Assembly (NCBI GenBank): GCA_963765675.1
Contig: CAVXXK010000001.1
Span: 1,248,001-1,312,000 of the forward strand
Direction of reading: 5' to 3'
DNA: 64,000 nucleotides
From: an uncultured delta proteobacterium
Lineage (GTDB): Bacteria > Desulfobacterota > Binatia > Binatales > Binataceae
Shown: positions 39,967 through 50,901 of the stretch, piece by piece
How the letters are laid out: every line of letters begins with the position of its first letter
How positions within the stretch are numbered: position 1 is the stretch's first letter
Program-made: the position numbers and the translations under genes
Notes under the pieces: model-generated
Told to the model about the DNA's origin: nothing
Database searches by the model: none
The model's input: only the letters and a program-made list of their open reading frames with translations

Positions 39967-41244
39967 TTGAGCGCTGGATTCGACACAGCGATCGATTCTT
40001 CAGTACAAGCTCGGCGTCGCGACGCCGCGTCCGGCTTCAGGCGCGTGTTCGTGCGCCTGCAGGTCCGCCTTGCACTCGCACTCAAGACGATCGCAAACCT
40101 GGTGCTCGTGCTGCTCCGGCGATGCCTCTGGCAAGGTTTGCGTCCGTCTGTGCCCGGCCGCGTGTGCATCTACAGGATCGGCAATCTAGGCGATGTTGCA
40201 TGTGCGATTCCGGCGATGCGCGCAATCCGGCTCGCTTTTCCCCGCGCTCATCTGACGCTCGTCACTTCGCCGGGCCGCAGCGGAATGCCGGGCGCCGCGG
40301 AGCTGCTGCGCGGCGTCACCTGGCTCGACGAGATTGTCGTCTACCATTCTAATGATGTCGCTGGTCCCCGCGCGCAACTGCGATGGGTATCCGCGATGCG
40401 CGCGCGGAAGTTCGACGCGTGGATCGAGCTGCCACCCGTCGACGCGCCGCTCAGGATGCTGTTTCGCAACATGTTTGCCGCATGGATGAGCGGAGCGAGT
40501 TGGGGCTTCGGCTGGCGCTACGATCGGATGCGACTATTTGCGCGGGCGCAATCGGAGCTTGTCGAGTTCCCGAACGAAACCGCGCGGCTCGCCGCCCTTC
40601 TCGCGACCGCCGGCTTCGCAGCTCCAGCGGCGCAGAGCCCGTTGGAGAATTCTCCAGTTGAAACATCGGACGCAGAACGCGCGGCTGTCGATCAGATTCT
40701 TGCCGAGATGGGATGGGCCGGAGGCGCATCACTCGTTGCGCTAGCGCCGGGCGCAAAAGCGCGGGCAAATCGATGGCCTATCGAGCGCTTCATCGAGGTC
40801 GGCCGCGAGCTTGCCACGCGCGGAATCTACGTTGTGGTCCTGGGAGGAGCGAACGAAGCGGGGCTGTGTGAAACGATAGCGACCGCTATCGGCAGCGATG
40901 CACGCAGCCTGGCCGGGAGAACCACCGTGCGCGAATCCTGCGAGGTTCTTGGACGCTGCGCCCTCTTAGTCTGTAACGACTCAGGGGTACAGCACCTAGC
41001 CTCCTTGGTCGGCACGCCCTGCGTATCGATCTTCTCATGCCGCGAATTTCCCGGAAGATGGTTTCCGGCGGCCAAGCGCAGCGTCGTGCTCCAAAAGTGG
41101 GTGCCGTGTCACACCTGCTATCTCACCGAGTGCCCGTACAACAACCGCTGTGTTAACTTGGTGACGGGAGCCGAGGTTGCTGCCGCGGCGGCGGACATCC
41201 TGGATTCTGTGGCCGGTTCCGGCTCGGTACCAACACTGCCATGA
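39967..41244 (+). CDS. GT9 (heptosyltransferase-like) glycosyltransferase
   Basis: GNLGDV, FPRAHLT, PGA...NRWP, CNDSGVQHLA, terminal PCHTCYLTECPYNNRC. Confidence 0.88.
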   Translation: MSAGFDTAIDSSVQARRRDAASGFRRVFVRLQVRLALALKTIANLVLVLLRRCLWQGLRPSVPGRVCIYRIGNLGDVACAIPAMRAIRLAFPRAHLTLVTSPGRSGMPGAAELLRGVTWLDEIVVYHSNDVAGPRAQLRWVSAMRARKFDAWIELPPVDAPLRMLFRNMFAAWMSGASWGFGWRYDRMRLFARAQSELVEFPNETARLAALLATAGFAAPAAQSPLENSPVETSDAERAAVDQILAEMGWAGGASLVALAPGAKARANRWPIERFIEVGRELATRGIYVVVLGGANEAGLCETIATAIGSDARSLAGRTTVRESCEVLGRCALLVCNDSGVQHLASLVGTPCVSIFSCREFPGRWFPAAKRSVVLQKWVPCHTCYLTECPYNNRCVNLVTGAEVAAAAADILDSVAGSGSVPTLP

Positions 41245-41462
41245 CCGCGCTCAACTGGTCCGGCATTAGCAATCAGTCCGTAGTGGGCGACACTTTGCGC
41301 CGCGCTCGCCCAATCGTGTTCGTCGCGCTTCATTCCCACAATCAAAAGCAGTTGTGCGCCGAGCTTCTGCACGCCGCCAACTACGATTTGTACGACATGG
41401 CCGGTATTCCGATCGCGGGTGTCCCTGCGGCCGATGAAATTTATGCGACTCCCGCCTGGTAA
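41241..41462 (+). pseudogene. C-terminal remnant of an FkbM-type methyltransferase
   Basis: TLRRARPIVFVALH...LLHAANYDL...GIPI...DEIYA resembles FkbM C-termini, including that of 44003-44824; no SAM motif. Confidence 0.45.
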
Positions 41463-41465
41463 TCG

Positions 41466-42668
41466 ATGACCATGCCCTTTCGCGTCGCGTGTCTCGTCAC
41501 GCACCCGATCCAGTACCAGGCGCCGATGTTCCGCTATCTGGCGGCGTCGCCCGAGATCGACCTCACAGTTCTTTTCCTAAGTGACCTCTCGACGCGCGAA
41601 TACCACGACCGTGGCTTCGGCGTAGCATTTAAGTGGGACGTTCCGTTGCTCAATGGATATCGCAGCGAATTTTTACCTGCGCTTGGCGCTATCAATCAGA
41701 TCTCGTTCTGGCGTCCCTTCACCCGCGCGATTCGCAGCCGCCTGCGCGCGGGTCGCTTCGACGCTCTATGGATCCACGGCTATGCGCATCAGGCGATGCT
41801 CCGTGCAATCGCGGCGGCGCGCTCGCTCGGAATCAGGGTGCTGATGCGCGGTGAGTCGCATCATGGGAGCGAGAGCCGCTCCGCGCTGACGCGGATGCTA
41901 AAACGCCGCACGCTGCCCGCGATGCTGCGCCGCGTCGATGCCTGCCTGCCTATCGGCGCGCGCAACCGCGAATACTATCTTGCCTACGGAGTTCCTGAAT
42001 CAAAGTTGTTCGCGATGCCCTATGCGGTGGACAACGAATTCTTCCGCGCCGGTGCCGAAGCGGCGCGCCCCGGCCGCGAGCAGTTGCGCGCCGCGCTGGG
42101 ACTTGCACCTGGACGCCCGATAATCCTGTTCGCCTCTAAGCTGCAGCCGCGCAAGCGCGCCGGCGATCTGATCGAGGCGTGCGCCGCGATCAAATCTCCG
42201 CCGCGCCCATATCTGCTGATCGTCGGCGACGGCGAAGAGCGCGCGGCGCTTCAGGCTCGCGCGCACGAGCGTGGGCTCGACGGCTCGGTCCGCTTCCTGG
42301 GATTTCAAAACCAGACCGAGCTTCCGCGTCTATATGATCTCTGCGACGTATTCGTGCTCCCGTCACAGGCGGAGCCGTGGGGATTGGTCCTGAATGAAGT
42401 GATGAATGCCGCCAAGCCGATCATCGCAAGCGACGCGGTGGGCGCCGCACCCGACCTGGTAATTGAAGGCGGCAATGGCTTCGCTTATCCGGTCGGCGAT
42501 ATCGCCGCGCTCACGCGAGCGCTCGAGCGCGTTATCAGCAGCCCCGAGCACGCAGCCGCGATGGGCGCGAAGAGCCTGGAAGTCGTCGCCCGATACAGCT
42601 TCGAAGCCGACCGCGCGGGCCTGCTCGCCGCACTCGCCGCCGTAACCGGCCGCGCCGCGGAAAATTGA
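41466..42668 (+). CDS. GT4 glycosyltransferase
   Basis: THPIQYQAP, LFASKLQPRKR, FVLPSQAEPWGLVLNEVMN. Confidence 0.9.
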   Translation: MTMPFRVACLVTHPIQYQAPMFRYLAASPEIDLTVLFLSDLSTREYHDRGFGVAFKWDVPLLNGYRSEFLPALGAINQISFWRPFTRAIRSRLRAGRFDALWIHGYAHQAMLRAIAAARSLGIRVLMRGESHHGSESRSALTRMLKRRTLPAMLRRVDACLPIGARNREYYLAYGVPESKLFAMPYAVDNEFFRAGAEAARPGREQLRAALGLAPGRPIILFASKLQPRKRAGDLIEACAAIKSPPRPYLLIVGDGEERAALQARAHERGLDGSVRFLGFQNQTELPRLYDLCDVFVLPSQAEPWGLVLNEVMNAAKPIIASDAVGAAPDLVIEGGNGFAYPVGDIAALTRALERVISSPEHAAAMGAKSLEVVARYSFEADRAGLLAALAAVTGRAAEN

Positions 42669-42669
42669 G

Positions 42670-44016
42670 ATGACGGCGACGCACCCGAGCCTCAGGCGCA
42701 ATGTCGCGTGGAGCTACGTCAATTGGATCGCAGGCTTTGCGGCTCCGCTCATCCTGATTCCCCTCTACGTTCGGCTGCTCGGTCATCAGCTTTACGGCGA
42801 ATGGCTCGTGATCGTGAGCATCGCTTCCTATCTCGGCCTTGCGAATCTTGGCTCGTGGCAAGCGGTCGGTAATCGAATTGCCGAGGCGATCACGCAGGGG
42901 CGACGCGACGAGGTCGGCCGCCTGATGTCCACCGGATTCATCGCCTACAGCGCGATCATGTCGGTGATGGTGCTGGTCGCGTTGGCGGCAGCGTCCCTCT
43001 TTGCGCGTCGGATTCTGCCCGCCCTCGACGGCAAAGCGCTTATCGCTTTTTACGTTTTCATCGCGCTTTCCGCGTTAGGATTTCCGCTGAGCGCGTACTC
43101 GGTGATGCTGCGCGCGTTCGAGCGGGTCGATATCGAACAGCGGATCAACGCCTGCTCGAGCCTTTTTCGGATCGCTGCGATGGCCGCGGTCCTGCTCGCC
43201 GGCCTCAAGCTGATCGCGGTGGCGGTTATTCAGGGCGGCGCGATGCTTGCGACCGGGGTAGCGTCGTACTTCTGGGCGGTTAGGCTCGACGCGGATGCGC
43301 GTCCGCGCGTGTCGCGCTGGTCCACATCGCTGCTTGCGAGCCTGGTCAAACCCAGCATCGGTTTCTTCGGTTTGTCGGTCGCCTCGACGCTGGCTTTCGG
43401 GGTCGACAACCTGGTGATTGGTTACGTGATGGGAGCGCGCGCCGTCACGCAGTACGCTGTCCCGTTCCGGCTGATGACGATCGTCTCGGGCGGCTTTGCA
43501 GTAGGGATTTCCGCGCTGTGGCCGACTATCACCAGGTTTCACGCCGGCGACAGGTTGGGCGAGCTTCGGCGTGGACTGGTCATGCTGATGCGCCTGGGGT
43601 TGGTAATTGGCGGCGCGGCGGCTATCGGACTGTGGTTTCTTGGTCCGGAGTTCATCCGTATCTGGGCGGGACCAGGCGTATTCCCCGGCCGTGCGACGTT
43701 CGGCCTTCAGATCGCTCTGATGGTCACACAGATGCTGCTGACTCCTGCCGACGCGGTTCTGATGGCGACCACGCGGCATTATGGATACGCCACGCTCGCG
43801 GTAGTTGAGGGCGCGCTCAATCTTGGCTTGTCGTTGTGGTGGGTTCGTTATTGGGGACTGGCGGGAGTGATCGGAGCCACGGTCGCGGCGCGGCTGCTTA
43901 CCAACGGATGGTACATGCCGGTGGCCGCGCTCAGAACGATCGGGATGAGCGGAAGCGAATTTCTCCGCGCACTCATGCAAACCGGAAACGGCGCGATCGC
44001 AAATGAATCGGCTTGA
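42670..44016 (+). CDS. wzx: Wzx-like oligosaccharide flippase
   Basis: LRRNVAWS...PLYVRLLGHQLYGEW, DNLVIG...AVTQYAVP, about 12 TM segments. Confidence 0.85.
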   Translation: MTATHPSLRRNVAWSYVNWIAGFAAPLILIPLYVRLLGHQLYGEWLVIVSIASYLGLANLGSWQAVGNRIAEAITQGRRDEVGRLMSTGFIAYSAIMSVMVLVALAAASLFARRILPALDGKALIAFYVFIALSALGFPLSAYSVMLRAFERVDIEQRINACSSLFRIAAMAAVLLAGLKLIAVAVIQGGAMLATGVASYFWAVRLDADARPRVSRWSTSLLASLVKPSIGFFGLSVASTLAFGVDNLVIGYVMGARAVTQYAVPFRLMTIVSGGFAVGISALWPTITRFHAGDRLGELRRGLVMLMRLGLVIGGAAAIGLWFLGPEFIRIWAGPGVFPGRATFGLQIALMVTQMLLTPADAVLMATTRHYGYATLAVVEGALNLGLSLWWVRYWGLAGVIGATVAARLLTNGWYMPVAALRTIGMSGSEFLRALMQTGNGAIANESA

Positions 44017-44824
44017 GCGGATCAGCGGCGCGCTGCGCCATGCGCCCGGCCTTGAGCGCGCAGATTGGCTTTGGAGCCATGTGCGCCCGCTCTATGATCG
44101 TGTTCTTTGCGCCTCGTTCGGCGGACGCGGGCTCGAACGCGTCGTCAACGGCAGCGACCGAATCCTCCTGAGCCCGCGCTCGCGCCACTTCACGAGCGAA
44201 GTCTACGAGCCCGAGGTATGGCGCGCCGTGATGAGCCATACCCGCGATGGCGACACGATTGCAGAGGTCGGCGCGAGTATCGGTATCTATACGCTCGCGC
44301 TTGCCAGTCGCGTCGGCATCGATGGCCGCGTGTTTGCCTTCGAGCCCGATCCTGAAAGCGCGGCGGAACTCGAAGCCAACGTCGCGATCAACGGATGGCA
44401 GAATCGCATCAGCGTTACGCGTTCCGTGGTGGGCGAGACTGCCGGTGAGGTGAGCTTTGCATGCGCTCGTGGAGTGGAATCGCACGTCGCGAGCGTCGCG
44501 GATTCATCAGACGCGTCGATTCGGGTCCCGATGGTTACGCTCGATAGCGTGTTTCCCAATTCGCGTGTGGACTTGCTGAAGATCGACGTCGAAGGTTACG
44601 AGGAGCCAGTCTTGCGCGGAGCCGATGCGCTGCTCGCTGACCGGGCGCGTCGACCCCGCGCGATCGTCGTCGAGGTCCATCCGTTCGCGTGGAAAGCCGT
44701 CGGAACGACGAGCGACTCGATTCTCGGTCTGCTAACCGGCGCGGGCTATCGCGTGGAGTCGCCCGACGGCGTTCCCATCAGCCTCATATCCGACTATGGC
44801 CATATCGTTGCCACCTTGCTCTAG
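44003..44824 (+). CDS. FkbM-family methyltransferase
   Basis: YEPE, EVGASIGIYT, VFAFEPDP, LLKIDVEGYE, IVVEVHP. Confidence 0.9.
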   Translation: MNRLERISGALRHAPGLERADWLWSHVRPLYDRVLCASFGGRGLERVVNGSDRILLSPRSRHFTSEVYEPEVWRAVMSHTRDGDTIAEVGASIGIYTLALASRVGIDGRVFAFEPDPESAAELEANVAINGWQNRISVTRSVVGETAGEVSFACARGVESHVASVADSSDASIRVPMVTLDSVFPNSRVDLLKIDVEGYEEPVLRGADALLADRARRPRAIVVEVHPFAWKAVGTTSDSILGLLTGAGYRVESPDGVPISLISDYGHIVATLL

Positions 44825-44872
44825 CACTGCGAGATCGGTCCTTGTTTTCGTCCGCCGCTACGGGGGCGCAGC

Positions 44873-45802
44873 ATGAACCCGGGATGGACTTCCGCGGAGC
44901 TGGCAGCTCGCCTCGATTGCCCCGGCTGCGGTGCAGCTCCCGACGGCTCTGTCGTCGCGCGGCGCGGCGACGGGCTGCCGTTGCGGGCTTGCGGCGCATG
45001 TGGAGTTCTATTTGTCGATCCGATGCCGACCGCGGCGGCGTTGCTGCTGCGTTATCAGAATGGCTACTTCTCCGGCGCTGCAGATTTCTTCAACGGACAA
45101 AATTATTGCGAGGCGCGTGATCGCGCGATCGCGCAAGGCACTGTCACAGGGTATCGGGAGCTCGCCGCCAACTTCGATCTGGCCGGGAAATCCGTGCTCG
45201 ATATCGGATGCGCCAGCGGCGCCTTGCTCCAGAGCCTCAGCCGGCTGGGGACGCGGAGACTGGTCGGGATCGATATCGCCGATGAGCCGCTGAATTTCGG
45301 CCGCACGCGTTATGGCCTCGATCTGCGCCGTGCCGAGCTCGCGCAGGCCGGCTTTGCGCCGGGTGAGTTCGACCTGATTCTGATGATCGATGTGATCGAG
45401 CACGTGACCGAGCTCAACGCTTTCGTCCGCGAGGCGGCGCGATGCCTCGCTGACGGCGGCGCGATCTATCTCTCGACACCCGATGCGGGCGGATTGCGCG
45501 CGGCGGGCGATCGCTGGTGGCATCTTTCCATCAACTACGAGCACGTCCATTACCTGTCGCGCGAGAGTCTTGGCCTGCTGGCGCGGCGTCACGGGCTCGA
45601 GGTCGTCAAATCGTGGTCCGAAGGTTATCCCGTCGCTCCGAAACAATACCGGCTGGGTACGATGCCCCGGTCACTCCGGCTTGCGCTTGAACCCCACGTC
45701 GCGATCCAAAACTCGATGATTCGGTTTCGCTACCGGCATGCGGCCGAACGCGGGCAAGGCGTCCAGCTGAACGCGATCCTGCGCCGATCCATCGATGGAT
45801 GA
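44873..45802 (+). CDS. Class I SAM methyltransferase with N-terminal Zn ribbon
   Basis: CPGC...CGAC, VLDIGCASG, DVIEHV, STPD, EHVHY. Confidence 0.88.
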   Translation: MNPGWTSAELAARLDCPGCGAAPDGSVVARRGDGLPLRACGACGVLFVDPMPTAAALLLRYQNGYFSGAADFFNGQNYCEARDRAIAQGTVTGYRELAANFDLAGKSVLDIGCASGALLQSLSRLGTRRLVGIDIADEPLNFGRTRYGLDLRRAELAQAGFAPGEFDLILMIDVIEHVTELNAFVREAARCLADGGAIYLSTPDAGGLRAAGDRWWHLSINYEHVHYLSRESLGLLARRHGLEVVKSWSEGYPVAPKQYRLGTMPRSLRLALEPHVAIQNSMIRFRYRHAAERGQGVQLNAILRRSIDG

Positions 45803-47083
45803 TCCTCTGACTATGGCTACATCATCGCCGCCGCGGATTGATGCCGTATGCGCCCGCGCCATCGCGCCGGTCTCGCGTCCAGCGATCCTGGTCGTGATGT
45901 ATGCCAACCCCGATTATCATCCGCCGACGGTCAATGGCGTGCGCGTGATGAGCGAGCGCTTCGACGTGCATATCGTCTGCCGCAACGACGCCGGCCCCGC
46001 AGCCGATTGGCCATCCGCGGTCAAAATCGAGAGGGTTGGCGATCTCCTGACCGCGGAGCAGGGTTTCGAGGCGCGCGCCTGGCGCAAGCTGTCATGGTAC
46101 CGAAGATTTGTTCGGCGAGTTCACAGCCTGATCGCGCAAACCCAACCGGCATTGATCTATGCCTATGACCCGATCGGCTTTGCGGCGACGATCTCTGCGC
46201 TCGGACCCGGGCGTAGGGAAATTCCGGTCGTGTTTCATTGCCATGACACGCCGTCGCTCGACCGCCCGCGAGTCACGTCGCTCCAACACTGGATTTTCCG
46301 CTACGCGGCGCGGCACACCCGCGATGCCGCGTTCACGATCTTTCCGTCGAAATATCGCGCGCCGATCTGGCTGGGAAAGGCAGGTGATCCGCGCCCGCCG
46401 ATGATCATACCCAATGGCGCCGCGCGCGATTTCTATCCCCCGCGCGAGGATTGGAGCGCGCTGGCACGTCGCCGTTGGGAATCAAAACGTGTCCTCTACC
46501 TCGGTTCGATGGCCGCCGGAAACGGACAGCCCGAGGCGCTGCGCGCGCTCGATTCCCTGGCCGCCCCGGCCTTTCTGGATTTGGTGGGGTTCAGCACGCC
46601 GGAATTTCGCCGTCAGCTATCCGAACTGGCCGCCGCGCTTGGAGTTGAGGCGCGCGTGAGTATCGCGGGATGGGTGCCAAACCCGGAGCGCATCCGGCGC
46701 GCCGAGGATGCGGCGGTCGGGTTGGTGTTGTATCGCGCGGTTAACCCGAACTGGGAGCATTCGGGCTCGTCGCCAAACAAGCTGTTCGAGTATGCGGCGT
46801 GGGGATTGCCGGTTGTGGTGCCGGACCGCAAGAGCTTCCGCGAGTTCTTCGTGGACGACGAATGGGTCGCATACGCCGATCCTGAGAATCCGGCATCGAT
46901 CGCGGGCGCGATCGCGTACATCCTGGCCGATCGCGAGCGCTATATCGCGATGAGCCTCGCCGCGCGCCGCGCTCACGAAACGAAATACAACTACGAGCAT
47001 GTCTTCGCTCCGGTACTGGAGAGACTCTGCGAGTTGGCCGGCGTGTCGCAAGGCCCGGCGACGCAACGCCAAGGGACGTTTAA
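45795..47083 (+). CDS. GT4 glycosyltransferase (as assembled reads to 47228; true stop probably the TAA at 47081-47083)
   Basis: YPDYHPPT-like start (NPDYHPPT), LYLGSM, SPNKLFEYAAWGLPVV; the tail enters an indel-rich zone. Confidence 0.8.
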
Positions 47084-47925
47084 TGATCGAGATTATGAAC
47101 TGGGAATGAAGCGGCGAAGGATATCGCGCTGCGGCGCGCCGGTCTGCCACTATCGCCAATCGGGCGCTGCTGATTCTGCAGTATGGCGGCTTTCGCCGCA
47201 TCCGACGATGAGTCGCTCGCGAGGCTGACTCGGCGCATCGATCGCCCGGGCCGATCGCTTCTGCCGACGAGGTCGAACACGACCGCGGGTTCACCGCCGA
47301 CATCCGCGGACGGTCTACCGCGAGCACGATTACGCTACATTTCCGCTGCCGACTGATTTCATGGTCGCGCCTGGCCGGCGGCACCATGTTCTTTTCGTAT
47401 GTGGCGACTTTATGCGCTGACCCGGATCATAGGCCCTGAAAGAATCGTCGAGACCGGAGGCACTCCCGGCAAATCCTCCGCTTTTATATTGCGCGCACTC
47501 GAACGCAACGGCACCGGCCATCTATGGACCGTCGATCTCGCTCCGCCGCCTGCGGAGGGCCGCGAACTGAACCCTGTGGACGGGCACTCCTTCACGCCGC
47601 ATGGGCTGATTCGGGATGGGCGATTCCGAGCGCTCTGCTCCAGCGCCACACCGTTGTGGCAGGCGACGCGCGCGAAAAATTGCCGCCGCTGCTTCAGTCA
47701 CTCGGCTCGATCGATGTCTTCATTCACGACAGCGATCATTCCTACGAGCACATGAGATGGGAATTCGAGACTGCATTTCCCTACGTCAGGCCGGAAGGCG
47801 TGATCTGGAGCGACGATATCCTGGGCAACTCAGCATGGCCGGATTTCTGCCAGTCGCACGGATTGGATCGATGCGACTTCACCAGCCAGGGCGCCGCGCG
47901 CAAACGAACGGCGAGAAGCAAGTGA
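47083..47925 (+). CDS. Methyltransferase (Methyltransf_24-like), multiply frameshifted as assembled
   Basis: Fragments in different frames: LYALTRIIGPERIVETGGTPGKSSAFILRALERNGTGHLWTVD and SGWAIP...IDVFIHDSDHSYEHMRWEF...WSDD. Confidence 0.7.
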
Positions 47926-47936
47926 CGGTTGATCGA

Positions 47937-48638
47937 ATGAACGAAACTGAACTTCAGCGCGCTTACTATTCAAAAACGGCGTCTGCGTACGATGAGTCGC
48001 ACCTCCATGAAGGCGACGCGCATTTCTTTGCCCTGTGGTGGCTTTCGTCGATCATTGAATACACCGGCGCGCGATCTGTGCTCGATATCGGTAGCGGCAC
48101 CGGCCGTGCGCTGCGCTTCCTCGCGGAGCGGCACCCGAAGTTGAGACTTCTGGGAATTGAACCAGTCGCGGAGCTCCGTGACCGCGCATACGAGCAAGGC
48201 GTGCCAAGGGATCGTCTCGTTGCAGGTGATGCCCTTAGACTTGCCGACGAGGCCAACTCATTCGACATCGTGTGCGAATTTGGCGCGCTGCACCATATTC
48301 GCGATCACACGCAGGCCGCCTGCGAGATGGCGCGAGTGGCCTCACTGGGCGTATTTCTCTCCGACGCTAACAATTTCGGCCAGGGGTCGTTTTTCTCGAG
48401 GAGCCTCAAGCAGATTCTTCACGCAGTCTGGCTATGGCCGATTGCGAAATTCCTAAAGAGCGGGGGCAAGGGATACGAGTATTCCGAAGGGGATGGAGTT
48501 TACTATAGCTATTCAATCTTCAGTTCATTGCCGGTCGTTAGAGCTAAATTCCCGATCGTTCATCAGCTCAACACCAGCCCCGCGAGCGCGAACCTCTATC
48601 GCACTGCCTCGACGGTCGCGGTTTTCGCGAGGAAATGA
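47937..48638 (+). CDS. Class I SAM methyltransferase
   Basis: YYSKTASAYD, VLDIGSGTG, GIEP, GDAL, FDIVCEFGALHH. Confidence 0.88.
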   Translation: MNETELQRAYYSKTASAYDESHLHEGDAHFFALWWLSSIIEYTGARSVLDIGSGTGRALRFLAERHPKLRLLGIEPVAELRDRAYEQGVPRDRLVAGDALRLADEANSFDIVCEFGALHHIRDHTQAACEMARVASLGVFLSDANNFGQGSFFSRSLKQILHAVWLWPIAKFLKSGGKGYEYSEGDGVYYSYSIFSSLPVVRAKFPIVHQLNTSPASANLYRTASTVAVFARK

Positions 48639-48656
48639 GCCAAGGGCTTTGCCGCG

Positions 48657-49952
48657 ATGGCTAACCCGCTGATTGGCATTATAGGACGGCATCCCGTGGG
48701 CCACGTCAGCGGCCATGCCCAGTCGAAAGCGCGCGATATCTCCCTGTTGGCGGTGGTCGCGGGAGCGATAGCATTGGTGGCGCTTCTGATGGTCAGGTTC
48801 AGCGCGCCAACTCCGGGGTTGCTCGACCATGCCCGGGTATTTGCGGCCACCGGCCGCGAAACGATGCCCTTCTTCCAGACCGGATACGTCGTGATGCTAG
48901 CGGCTGGCCTGTTGCTCGGAGGGGAACATGGGATCATTGGTCTGCAGGCCATTGCCTATATCGCCGACGTGCTGCTCGCGTATGTGTTGGTAATTTCCGC
49001 TGGCGGAAGCCGGCGCGCCGCGATCGCGGCCGGACTCATCCTCGCGGTCCATCCGTATCTTGTCTTCAATATCAAAAGGATCGTCGATAACAACCTCGCT
49101 ATTCCGGCTTTGCTGATTGCCACGTTTGCGATCGTTACCGCATGGCGAAATCAGGCACCGAGATTTCTTACCGTGCTCGGCGAGGGAATCGCGATTGGAT
49201 TCGCGATGTTTTCGCGGTCAAACTTCGCGCTGCTTCTGATTCTTATCGTGGCCGCGTTTGTGGTGCGCGGGAATTGGAAGCAGGGATTCTCTGCGGCTGC
49301 TATCGCAATCGCGATTGTGCTGACCGGCAATCGTGTTACCGGTGGATACTGGCGCCTTAGCCCGTCGGAGGGCGGATATACTTTCTATATCGGTGCCAAC
49401 CCGTTCACCGCGGAGGCATTGATTCGATATTACAACCCCGAACCGTCTCTGGCAGCCGCCGCGGCTGCAGACGGGATCGACTTCGAAGGTCTCCCGCCCT
49501 ACACCTTCGCAAATTCACACGAAGCATTGTTTTGGCGGCTTGGGCTCGCATACGTCGTGGGTCACCCTTTCGACTATGCCTGGTTGGGGGTGCTCAAGCT
49601 GGTGACGCTATTGCGGCCGGACTATCGACAGGTTGGCCGGTCGATGACCGCGTCGGCGCCGGTTCTGATTTTGGTACAGACACTGCTTGCTCTGATTGTT
49701 CCCGGTTGGGTGGTGCTGCGGCTGATTCTTAGACACGAAGTTGGCCTCTTCGACGGAATCTGGGCGATCCCGATCGTGGTGATCCTCCTGCTTGCGGTCG
49801 TGCTGGTGGCAGGCGACCCGCGCTACAGACTGACTGTAGAGGCGATAGCCATTATCGATAGCGCATGGTGCTACGACGCGTGGCGGCGACACGCTGTCCC
49901 ATCATTTGCGACTGTGTCTGAGATGCGATCGCGGAGAAACCGAAAACCATGA
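48657..49952 (+). CDS. Polytopic membrane protein, GT-C/ArnT-like
   Basis: Multiple TM segments, ILAVHPY, FSRSN, GGYTFYIGANP, YVVGHP, DPRYRL. Confidence 0.6.
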   Translation: MANPLIGIIGRHPVGHVSGHAQSKARDISLLAVVAGAIALVALLMVRFSAPTPGLLDHARVFAATGRETMPFFQTGYVVMLAAGLLLGGEHGIIGLQAIAYIADVLLAYVLVISAGGSRRAAIAAGLILAVHPYLVFNIKRIVDNNLAIPALLIATFAIVTAWRNQAPRFLTVLGEGIAIGFAMFSRSNFALLLILIVAAFVVRGNWKQGFSAAAIAIAIVLTGNRVTGGYWRLSPSEGGYTFYIGANPFTAEALIRYYNPEPSLAAAAAADGIDFEGLPPYTFANSHEALFWRLGLAYVVGHPFDYAWLGVLKLVTLLRPDYRQVGRSMTASAPVLILVQTLLALIVPGWVVLRLILRHEVGLFDGIWAIPIVVILLLAVVLVAGDPRYRLTVEAIAIIDSAWCYDAWRRHAVPSFATVSEMRSRRNRKP

Positions 49953-49971
49953 AGAGTGCGATAGCTAGCGC

Positions 49972-50817
49972 GTGGATGCGCGGTCTTCCTCCAAACAGAT
50001 GCTGACCAGACTGCTCCATGCGGCCGCGTATCCTGAACCATATCGCGCGCGGATCGTGCGCTCGATCGTACGCCGGCTGCGGATCGGCAATTACGCCGCC
50101 CGGCTCGAAATCGAGGCGGTCGAGCGGCCGTGGTATGGATGGTGTCTCTACGGTGCCGCGTTGCAAGCCCGTGCGCTCGGCTATCGGGCGATCTCCGTGG
50201 CAGAAATGGGTGTTGCCGGCGGCAATGGCCTGCTCAATCTGTGCGATCACGCCGCCGAGATCACTCATTTGACCGGAGTATCAATCGCGATATTCGGATT
50301 CGACAGCGCGTCGGGATTGCCGCCCAGCCAGGACTATCGCGATCTGCCGTACGTATGGCCCGCCGGCTCGTTCGCAATGGACGTTGCGCGGCTCAAGGAT
50401 CGGCTTGGCACTCGCGCGACACTGAAAATCGGCGACGTGCGCGAAACTGTACGGAGCTTCCGCCCCGCCCCGTCGGCTCCATTGGGCGCTGTCATGTTCG
50501 ACCTCGATATGTACAGTTCCACCGCCGCCGCGCTCACGATCCTTGATGTTTCGGAGCGGATACCGAGGGTCTGGTGCTGGTTCGACGACATCATAGGGCA
50601 TATCGATAATCTGTATTGTGAGCGCAACGGCGAGCGCGCCGCGATCGCGGATTACAACCGGGCGCGCGGCGACGCGTTTCTTTCGCCCGCGAATTGCTCG
50701 TTCGGCCAGGTGGCCCCGCGCTATTGGCATCAGCAGATTTATGTGGACCATCGCTTCGAGCATCCGGCTTACAGTCGCTGCCTGTCTTCCGGCCGCCATG
50801 AACTCGCACTCGATTAG
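49972..50817 (+). CDS. TylF/MycF-like methyltransferase-fold protein
   Basis: EMGVAGGNGL, IFGFDSASGLP, GDVRET, FDLDMYSST, WFDD. Confidence 0.6.
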   Translation: MDARSSSKQMLTRLLHAAAYPEPYRARIVRSIVRRLRIGNYAARLEIEAVERPWYGWCLYGAALQARALGYRAISVAEMGVAGGNGLLNLCDHAAEITHLTGVSIAIFGFDSASGLPPSQDYRDLPYVWPAGSFAMDVARLKDRLGTRATLKIGDVRETVRSFRPAPSAPLGAVMFDLDMYSSTAAALTILDVSERIPRVWCWFDDIIGHIDNLYCERNGERAAIADYNRARGDAFLSPANCSFGQVAPRYWHQQIYVDHRFEHPAYSRCLSSGRHELALD

Positions 50818-50901
50818 CCGACCGTCGAGGCAACAATCATCGTCGGCAGCGCATACTGCCGCGGCGCGCGGCGTCGGGCGCAGGCGAAACTGAAGTCCGC
50901 C

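Noticed and set aside
47040-47630. Dense cluster of roughly seven frame changes in one methyltransferase gene as hypermutation or phase variation
   Set aside because: Sensible peptide blocks resume after each shift and there are no long simple repeats. A low-coverage consensus is the simpler explanation.
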